Assembly: GCA_020891255.1 (NCBI GenBank)
Contig: BQFW01000007.1
Span: 496,001 to 560,000 of the forward strand
DNA from: Entomortierella parvispora E1425
Lineage: Eukaryota; Fungi; Mortierellomycota
Reading direction: 5' to 3'
DNA: 64,000 nt
Each line of letters begins with the position of its first letter. Position 1 is the stretch's first letter. The notes under the pieces were generated by a model, which made no database searches, was not told the origin of the DNA, and was given only the letters and a program-made list of their open reading frames with translations. Both the position numbers and the translations under genes were made by a program. Shown here piece by piece: positions 25,105 through 34,842 of this stretch.

Positions 25105-28100
25105 ATGACTAGTGGAGCACAACGCGGACGGGGCCAGTCAGGCGGAGGACGTGGCGGAGGCTTTTTTAAAGGACCAAACCACAACGAGTCCTTTGGCCGA
25201 GGAGGAGGAAGAGGAGGAGGAGGTTTCTCTGGCCGTGGAGGCGATCGAGGAGGAGGCAATCAGGGTGGTCGAGGCCGTGGAGGCATTTCGAATGTCCAGA
25301 GAGCACAGATTACCGGAGCTACACGGCCCAGCTCCATCCAGGTCGGCAGCGATGGAACAGACGACATCATCGTGGCATCTGCTGCCGGAGAAAAAATCTT
25401 GAACTTTGCGCGGACGGTCTTGACCAAGGAGAACTTTACCAACTTCAGCAGCCGACAAATGCGTGAGTTTGTCAACTCGTGTCTGCTGAACTTGTCGAAC
25501 CATCATTCCGTGGATGTCTCTGGTCTTTTACCCCTCTTGGCATCCAAGACAGGACATGCGCGTCTGAGAGACATCATGATGATGCCCATGGGTGTCGACG
25601 TTGGTCTGGATACCTCGCGAATCTCGTTCCAGTTCTTGGCTTTGCCTCTAGTCGGTGTCTTGACAAGAGAGGCTGTTTGCATGACGACCATGGGCAATGA
25701 GTCCAACGTTATATATGCAACCGTCTACAACTACCGCGAAACATTCATCGAGGACGGTATTGTCGCTTGCATGCAGCAACTTTTAACTCGTGGGTCTCTC
25801 GACGACTATAGTCCCGGAGCAGCGAAGATTCAACGGGAGGACGATTACCTCTGCGTGGTCTCCTCTTTGTCATGTGCTCTGCTGGCGATTGTGCGTCTGG
25901 TTTATCAGATCGTCACCCGCATTCGTGATGCCCGCACGAGCCTCTCAGAAACGGTCCGGACCCTCTCAAAGCAAGTCCAGACATGTGTCAAGATTTCCGT
26001 CGCCACCGAACGAGACCAGTTTATCAACAGGATCATGGTCAGCGAGATCAACAAACTGGTACGAATCATCTCTGACGCCGAAGACGCCATCATCCCAGAG
26101 CTGGAGGTAGCCACAGCCGATCGTTCCAACGGAGGAGGTGATGTGCCCATGATCAGAGCCTTGCGCCACACCTTTGACCCCCCAGGCGCGCTCTCAGAGC
26201 TTGGACCTAGACATAACAACGACCACTCAGAGATCGCGGACATCAGCATCCTTCCAACTCAGCAGGAAATCACTTGCGGACGATCACCTTTCCTACCATC
26301 CAACTTGCTCGATGCGCCTCATTTCCTTGCAGCTGGATGGAAGCGTCAGGTTGACACTCACTTTCGCCTCTACCGCGAGGATATGATGGACCCATTGCGC
26401 CGAAGCATTACATCTTTCCTCTCTGCTCTCTATGATACCCCCTATGGAGCAGAAGACCGCTTGCTCGCAAACAAGGAACTCCGCAGGGTGCTCGATAACA
26501 ATGTCAATCTCAACGTTTACGGTAACGTTCAGGTCTTTGGCATGATCATGGAAAAGCACACGGGCGGTAATATCGAAATCGGATTTACTCAGCCACCCCA
26601 GATCCTTGGAGCGTCCAAGGAGCGACGCACGGTCATGCGACGGACAGAATTCTGGAAGCGTTCCAAGAATCGCCTCATGCATGGCGGACTTGTCTGTCTT
26701 ATTAGCCGCGCTGATGGATTGACCACCAGAGGAGACACCGAGAATGACTTTCAGCTGATTCTGGCGGTCATTGCGAACAGGAACGACGAAGCGTTGGCCA
26801 AGGACGAAAATGTGGCACGTATTCATATCACTCTTGCCAACCCTCTCCAGTATCTCGACTTGTTGAACTCTGGAAGAACATCCAAGCATTGGTTCCTAGT
26901 AGAGTCGCCTGGGGCGTACTTTGGTTCATACCGCCCTATTCTGAAGGCCCTCCAGCTCAGTATCCCTGCTTCCTTGCCCTTTGGAAAGTACTTGGCCCCT
27001 ACCGCGGAGGAACTTGCCGAGCGTGGAAACACGGTGGATCCACCCATCTATGCTCGAGCTCCAACCTTTAGCTATGACCTTTCTGTGCTGCTGACTGGAC
27101 GAACATGCAATCTGGATGTCAACAATGTCGATTCTGTTCAGCAGGCTGTCCGCACTCTCCAACAAGGCGGAAGCACCTTGGACCAGACGCAGGCGATTGC
27201 TTTGGTGGACACTCTTTGTCGAGAAGTCGCTCTCATTAATGGGTATGTTGTTGGAGAAAGTTGATGTGGGCCAAAAGTGTAGATTCAACATGCTAATTTT
27301 TTGTTTTTGGATTGTAGACCTCCTGGTACTGGAAAGACCTGGATTGGTGTTGCATTGATGCAGGTGCTCCTAGCCAACAAGAAAAAGTCTGAAATTGGGC
27401 CTATTCTGTGTATTTGTTACACCAACCACGCCTTGGATCAGTTCTTGGAGCATCTTCTGGACAAGGGTATCGACAAAATTGTCCGTGTTGGTGCTCGTTC
27501 GCAATCAGAGAAGTTGGAGCCGTACAACCTGCAGGCACTCATGATGAGCTGCGACAAGCCATACTCTGTGCGACAATGTATTAGAGATACAATCACGGAA
27601 TTGGAAGTTGCCAGCAAAAAGATCAAGGCTCTCGAACGCGACATCCAAGGAGACTGCGTCAAATGGAGTCTCTTGGATGGTTCTTTGAGTCTCGACTATC
27701 CCTTCTTGTTTGATCAGTTCGACAAGGCGATCAGAGAGTACCAGCGAGGCCCAAGAGGAATCTGTGACATTGGCGACGATGTCGACGAGGGATTCACCGC
27801 AGTTGAGAATAAAAGGTCGACAGGAAGACACCCTTTTGATCGCTGGAGATATGGTATCGACATTCAGGAGATAGCAGACTTCAACAAGAAGTTGAAAGAG
27901 GACTATGAAAATCCCACCGAAGACTCTCAACAAAATATATACAATGTGCTAGCGGAAGACAGGAATGATAGTCCTCGACGACCCCCCGTCATGAAGAAGA
28001 TTCCAATGAGCAATCGACCGGTTGAAGTGCTTTACAATGCCGATATCTGGAAAATGTCAATGAAGGAGCGCGCTAAACTCCTTTATCAATGGAGACCAGA

Positions 28101-31100
28101 AATTCAGAAAACACTCATGCTGCGGCTTGGGGAGCTGATCAAGCACGTTGAGACCCTGAACGACAAAAAGAATGGCGCCAACGATGAAGTCCGCCGTGGC
28201 ATTCTCCGTGGGTGCGAAGTCGTAGGAATGACCACCAATGGAGCCGCCAAGTCTCAAGAGCTGATCAAGAAACTGGCGCCCAAGGTCATCATCTGTGAGG
28301 AGGCTGGCGAAGTCCTGGAGTCCCACATCCTCTCAGCCCTCTCAGCATCCACTCAGCACTTGATCCTCATTGGTGACCACAAGCAGCTTCGACCTCAAAT
28401 CGAGACTTATAATTTGCAGTCGGATTCCCCTGTTGGCAAAAAGTATAGCCTGGACAAGTCTCTTTTCGAAAGACTCGTTACCTTGGACAAGAACCCGCTC
28501 CCGATGTCTATCCTTACCACTCAGAGACGAATGCGACCTTGTATCTCCAATCTCATCCGCAAACCTCTTTATCCTGATCTTGAGGACGGTCAGAATACTC
28601 ATCACTATCCACCGGTTAGTGGAATGAGCCAAGATCTGTACTTCATGCACCATGCCCACCCCGAGGACGCAAAGGATGATGCATTCGGAATGCAGTCGTA
28701 TTCAAGCACCTTCGAGGCGAACATGGCTGCTCAGCTCGCTGTCTACCTAATCAAGAATGGCTACGATCGACCCGGCGACATTGCCATCCTTACACCTTAT
28801 CTTGGACAGCTTTCCAAGCTCCGTGACGCGTTAAAGAAAAAGGTCATGGTTGTCCTCGATGAAAGAGACCAGGAGCAGTTGGACCAAAAAGAGCTTGATG
28901 AAGGAATTGAGGTCCAGGAGGTGCTTATACAGAATGGGACAAAGGTGGGCACGAAGAACATCTCGCTGCAGAGACAGGTGACTCTCCGCACCATTGACAA
29001 CTACCAGGTATGGTATTCAAAGGGTCCACCAGAACCGGCTCAGAAACCGTTTCATTTTTCTAGTTGCTCATGTCATCTCACACTGACACTTTTATTTCTG
29101 AATATTTTTAGGGAGAGGAGGCCAAGATAATCATCATCTCCTTGGTTCGTAACAATGTTGCCAATGACCCGTCGTCGTCCGGAAACATTGGCTTTTTGAA
29201 GTCGCCAAACCGCACCAATGTCTTGCTATCTCGTGCTCAGCATGGCATGTTCATTATGGGTAATGCATTCATTATGGATCACGAGAAGAACGGGATCTGG
29301 CCCAGCGTCATCAAAGAGTTGAGATTGCATGACAGAATTGGTGAAGGCCTTCCGATTCAATGCAAGAACCATCCCAACACCACTCGACTGGTGGACTCTA
29401 TCGACAGCTTCAAGATCATGTCTCCTAATGGTGGATGCAATCTCCCTTGTGGCCGCGGCATGGGCTGTGGACATACATGTCCGCTCCAGTGTAAGTATAC
29501 CTACCTCCTGCTCGCCGTTTTTCCCATTCGTAAAAAGGCCTTGTATGCTAACTTTGTCGGTCTTGCTTATCTCTTTAGGCCACCCTGACGATGTTGAACA
29601 CCGCCTTGTGAAATGCTTCCAGCCATGCGATCGGCTGCACCCCATTTGTCAACATGCGTGTCCCAAACAGTGTGGCCAAGAATGCGGGGATTGTAAGGAG
29701 GTCGTAGAGCCGCTTTTACTCAAGTGCGGCCACGTTCTGGAAAAACCCCTGTGTCATCAAAAGAAGAATCCATCCAATATCACTTGCAGAGTCAAGGTCA
29801 TCCGCAAGCTACCCACTTGCGAGCATGAGCACGAGATGCAGTGTTATCAGGATCCCGCAAAAGTTGTCTGCGAGCGCCCATGTGGTTCACCCTTACCCTG
29901 TGGCCATAGTTGTGTGAACCGCTGCTCAGCCTGCCAGAAGGCTTCGACGCCCAAGCTGGCAAGAAAGAACCTCGAGCCGGTAGCAGTGAAAGTCATTCCT
30001 CGTACCAACCATGGGCCTTGCGGTACCAAATGCGGAAGCAATTTGTTCTGCGGTCATGCCTGTGATGCCTACTGCCACTCAGGCGAAGATTGCCCAGCTT
30101 GCAAGCAAAAATGTGCTGTAGCATGTGTGCACAGGACCTGCCATCTCGCGTGTGAAACCGCTTGTGCCGCTTGCAGCGAGGACTGCACCTGGATGTGCAA
30201 GCACAAGGGACGCTGCCGAATGCCATGTGGAGTTCCTTGTGACCGCTTGCCATGCGACATGAGATGCGACAGAATACTGGGCTGTGGACATCAGTGTCCC
30301 TCCGTTTGTGGCGAAAACTGTCCCCCCTCAAAGTTCTGCGTGGAATGCAAGGACCCTGAAACCATGAGCATGGAGGTCGACATGATCATGATGACCAGTC
30401 TAGGCGAGACAAATGTGTCCGAGGATCCGATCCTGGTCCTTGCCTGCGGTCATGCTCTAACCGTGTCCACTTTGGATGGCCTGATGGAGATGGGCCAGTA
30501 CTATAAGGAAAGCACAAATGCAGCAGGCAATCCAACCTTTACCGCGATACGAGCAATGCCTGGAGGGGAAGTTAAGCAGGTGTCTTGTCCAAGCTGCCGA
30601 AAGCCCATTGTACAGCTTTTGCGATATGGACGACGTATTAAGGACGCCCAACTGAGCATGCGCTTGAAAAAGTACCAGATCGTTCAAGAAAACAGCATGG
30701 GAGAAATCAAAGATCGATATGATGTCACCAAGGCGCTAATGGATCAGAAACATAATGCTTTCCTGCAAGCCCTGTCCAAGGTCAAGGCCGAATCTTGCGC
30801 TGATCCTCCTCTTTCATCTGCTCGGAAGCTTGGAAAGTTTGCGCGAGAGACGGATCCATTCCCCGGCTCTGTGTTTTGGTTCGTGGATGCGATCTATGGA
30901 GTTCCGCCGGAGCACCGTGATGCCTGGGAGACGCATATGGAGTCTGCTGGAAGTCTAACGAAAAAGCTCAGGAAGATCAATAGCGCAGCAATCAAATCCC
31001 CCACAAAGCAACTCTTTGAAGCTGCGGTCGCGCGTCTGTACCGTTTCCAGCAAGAAAGCATGCAGATTGAGCAGGATGCGAAAGCAGACCAAGGAACGGC

Positions 31101-31779
31101 ATCGGCCATCATTCAAAAATGCATCCAGCAATGTGGGCTTCCTGCCGATGGAAATGGCGGTTCATCATTCGTTGAATCCCTTGCAGAAATGACAAACGTG
31201 TTATTGCTGGTGCTTTCTGAAGCTTCATCTGCCATGGTAGCGGCCGGGACAAATACAGGCTGGTATTACTTTGTGGAGGATCTTCTCTGCTGTTGCTTGA
31301 GCTATACTCTAGTCACGATGAGAGCTGCTGAGAAGGGAAACTACAACCGCCGCGTCGCGTATTCGCGTGTGAATCTGCTCTATATCTTAGGCGAACAGAT
31401 CCGCTGGCTGGGCCACCGGCCTATCGCAGACATCGGGCCGGAAGCCTCAACCACGGAGCTAGAGGTACCAGGCACATTGCCAAGCGCCAAAGACGCCCGC
31501 AGTAGGATTGTCGACGCACTGGTAGAGACCTTCACGAAAGAGTTCAATGAGCTGAGGAAAAACTGCCCTCTAGGGATCAAAACAGAGTGCCTGGCTAGAG
31601 CGGATGAAATCAAGGAGCGGATGGCTACAGCAGTGAAAATTGCCAAGGGAGACCTCAACGCGCCATTAACGAAGGCAGAAAAGATGGAAGTCTTTCGGGC
31701 AATATCTGCCACTCTTGGAGGGTCGGGACATTGGTACAGATGCCCGAATGGTCACACGGTAAGGACCTGCTTTGACTTG

Positions 31780-31813
<34 letters not shown>

Positions 31814-32020
31814 ACATATATATTGCATGCAGTCAAGGAACAATGGCTCACCCATTTCTTTTGTCTGATCACATAGTATGTAATTGGTGACTGCGGGATG
31901 GCCATGATGGAATCAACATGTCCAGAATGCGGGGCCGTAGTTGGAGGAGGTCGCCATCGTCTCCGGCAAGACAACGCTATTGACACCGAGTATGAGAATC
32001 TGTATAGACGAGCTGCCTAA
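25105..32020 (+). CDS. ZNFX1: ZNFX1-like SF1 (Upf1-like) RNA helicase with RGG N-terminus, NF-X1 zinc fingers, RING-like region and C-terminal RZ finger; 5 exons, 2176 aa
   Basis: Exons 25105-27242, 27318-29007, 29112-29490, 29579-31758 and 31877-32020 total 6531 nt in frame. Helicase motifs GPPGTGKT, YTNHALDQF, ICEEAGEV, LIGDHKQLRP, TQRRM, TIDNYQGEEA, NRTNVLLSRA. Repeated CGHxC knuckles; LACGH...CPSCRKPI; GHWYRCPNGHTYVIGDCGMAMMESTCPECGAVVGGGRH. Confidence 0.92.
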
Positions 32021-32087
32021 GTCGATGACATGGGAGCGAGTGAACGGATCATGGTGGCAGATAAGAAAGAGAGGACTAGGACAAGTG

Positions 32088-32093
32088 AATAAA
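32088..32093 (+). terminator. Candidate polyadenylation signal of the ZNFX1-like gene
   Basis: AATAAA 68 nt after the stop codon; sequence match only. Confidence 0.3.
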
Positions 32094-32493
32094 GATCTAT
32101 GTTGCCATCCCGATTCTACGAAAGAAGTGCATGGATGATAAAGAGAGTGGACGAGGTGAGATTTTTAGCGTGGTCATAGGCCGCGAACAAGGTCATAGTC
32201 ACTGTCGAGATAAGGAGAAAGATATGATCCCACCACGGGGCCCCTTTATCCACGCGAGACTTGCAGGGAACACACTTTCAACCTTCATCGTCATCATGGC
32301 TATATCGTCCAAGTGAGAGGCAACAGGAAGAGCGCGAGATCACACCTGTGCGTTCAGTTTACCCAAACAGTGAATCTTGGGAGGTCGGACTGTTGTACTC
32401 CACCCCGAGGTAACACAATATGGCGGATTTCAAGTCGAAGTGAGTTGGCCAGTGCACGCTCTTGTTGACGGAGTCTTATTTTTCGCCGGTATT

Positions 32494-33591
32494 CTTATAG
32501 GGGTGCGGATCAAACCCTCCAGCGCAAAGAGCAACCAAACGCCAACTCTTTGTCCATCCAGAGGAAAGCAGAGTCACTGAACGACATGCAAGCTGACTTT
32601 GTCTTGCCCACCCTGTTTGGTTTCCTGTGGCTAATCGATGAGTGCCATGAGGCCCTGAAGAGACTTCTCTTTTTTTTTTGTTTTGTTGTTTCATTTTGCT
32701 CGATCGCTGTTTATTGCTTTTTTCTTTCTTTAGAGAGACAACAATCGAAAGAGCTGGAGCCATCGGCACTGTTGACCTTGATTCTTGGAGGACTGTTCAT
32801 CATCTTGGCTTGAGAACCTATCCCTATTAAGACTCTTGCCAAAGAAGAAGGAGAGGGGAGGGGAGGGGAAGGACAAGGAGGACCACTTACCATATCATCA
32901 TATCATAGCATCACATCATTCATATCATCAAGACCAGCATAGCATGCATACATCATATCATCAAGCAACCGAGCATAGTATTCATACAACAAGTCATCAA
33001 AACTCAACATAGCATGCAAACATCAAGTCATCAAGCAACAGGTCATCTTATCCAACATAGCATTCATACATCAAGGCATCATACATCAGGCATTCATACA
33101 TCAAGACATCACACATCAAGGCATCACACATCCAGGCATCATACATCAAGGCAACATACATCAAGTCTTCATATCCAACATAGCATTCATACATCAAGGC
33201 ATCAGGGTATCAAGGTCATCTAAGCGGTGGGCAAGAACGAGAGTTTTTGGTGAGTGCAAGGTTCGTTTCGTTGAGGAGACAGACTGGGAAGAAAGGGGGA
33301 AGACTGGAGGCAAGAGTGTTAGGGGGGAAAAGCAGGAAAAAGAAAAGGTGTTAGTGCTGAAAGCCGGGAACGAGAGAAAAGATAACAGGAGGTGGTCGGA
33401 CGAGAAGGGCAAGAAGGGCCAGTGAAGAGCTGGTTGCGAAGGAAGGAAAGGTGTTGGAGAGGTATGGACAGCTGGGGGAGAGAGTGTGGGGACAGTGGAT
33501 GGATGTTGGGTCATGGTGGTGTGGCAAGGGAAGTGGAAGGGTGAAGAACAGAAAGGAAAAGGTGAGAAGCGAAGCAGATAAAGGCAGGCCA

Positions 33592-33622
<31 letters not shown>

Positions 33623-34093
33623 CGTCAGAGGAAGGCGGCAACATCGTACAGGCTTCGCTGTTGCTGTTGACTGGGAGGGAGATAGGGGAGGGAGATAGGG
33701 AAGGAGAGGCAGAAAGAAGACATGAAAAGGACCGAGGAAGAGAGAGAGACGGACGGACGAACGGACACACGGGATTGACACGGACTGATCAAACTCTTTT
33801 TTTTTTTTTTTTTTTTTGGCTTTTTTTTTTCTTGGGGGGAGGTCCCTTCATTTGACTGGCAAGATGAAGGGGAACTGAAGTAGGAATGGAGAAGCAACAA
33901 AACAGGGAGCGTGAGAAGCTGGTGCAGGAGGTGAGAGCAACATCAGCGTTGCTGATCTAAAATGAAGATTGAAAGAGAAAGAGAAAAAGAGGGCGAGAGA
34001 GAGAGAGAGAGAGAGAAAGACACATTTCATGGACAGGCTTGATCACCGACTAGAAGGCCCCTCATCTCTTCTCTCCCCGGAGGACACGGCTCA
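32494..34093 (+). repeat. Left arm (1.6 kb) of a long inverted repeat
   Basis: Reverse complement of 34342-35942. Mirrored identical ORFs in the track (33014-33223+/35212-35421-, 32785-33012+/35423-35650-, 32711-32893-/35542-35724+) all give a coordinate sum of 68435. Confidence 0.97.
33061..33199 (+). repeat. Degenerate tandem repeat, 14-16 nt unit CAT(T)CATACATCAAGG, about 8 copies (left arm)
   Basis: cattcatacatcaagg / catcatacatcagg / cattcatacatcaaga / catcacacatcaagg / catcacacatccagg / catcatacatcaagg ..., embedded in a G-poor CATCA-rich tract (about 32890-33220). Confidence 0.9.
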
Positions 34094-34341
34094 TGTTATA
34101 ACCTTCAACTTCTTTCCGCTATTTGACAGGCATCGTTGGTCCCTGTGGGCCTGTCAAGTTAGAACAGAGTGACAGATGGTGAGTGTGAAAGGCCAGGAGA
34201 AAGAGAGCAGGAGATTTCTGGAGTAGGTATCATTGTCATGCCATCTTGATATTCATCATACAATACAACAGATGCAAGTTCGTGGCCACCCTTACAATAT
34301 CGGCACCTCCCTTAGTTTCTTCTCTCTCTCTCCTGACCCAG

Positions 34342-34811
34342 TGAGCCGTGTCCTCCGGGGAGAGAAGAGAGGAAGGGCTTTCTAGTCGGTGATCAAGCTT
34401 GTCCATGAAATGTGTCTTTCTCTCTCTCTCTCTCTCTCTCGCCCTCTTTTTCTCTTTCTCTTTCAATCTTCATTTTAGATCAGCAACGCTGATGTTGCTC
34501 TCACCTCCTGCACCAGCTTCTCACGCTCCCTGTTTTGTTGCTTCTCCATTCCTACTTCAGTTCCCCTTCATCTTGCCAGTCAAATGAAGGGACCTCCCCC
34601 CAAGAAAAAAAAAGCCAAAAAAAAAAAAAAAAAAAAAGAGTTTGATCAGTCCGTGTCAATCCCGTGTGTCCGTTCGTCCGTCCGTCTCTCTCTCTTCCTC
34701 GGTCCTTTTCATGTCTTCTTTCTGCCTCTCCTTCCCTATCTCCCTCCCCTATCTCCCTCCCAGTCAACAGCAACAGCGAAGCCTGTACGATGTTGCCGCC
34801 TTCCTCTGACG

Positions 34812-34842
<31 letters not shown>

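Noticed and set aside
33061-33199. CRISPR-like array
   Set aside because: Units are adjacent and degenerate with no unique spacers, there are no cas genes, and the context is eukaryotic.
33014-33223. His-rich 69-aa ORF (HHTSR repeats) and its mirror at 35212-35421, plus other ORFs within the arms
   Set aside because: Direct product of the 15-nt DNA repeat and low-complexity tracts; longer arm ORFs are frame-shifted between arms by homopolymer differences; no domain similarity recognised.
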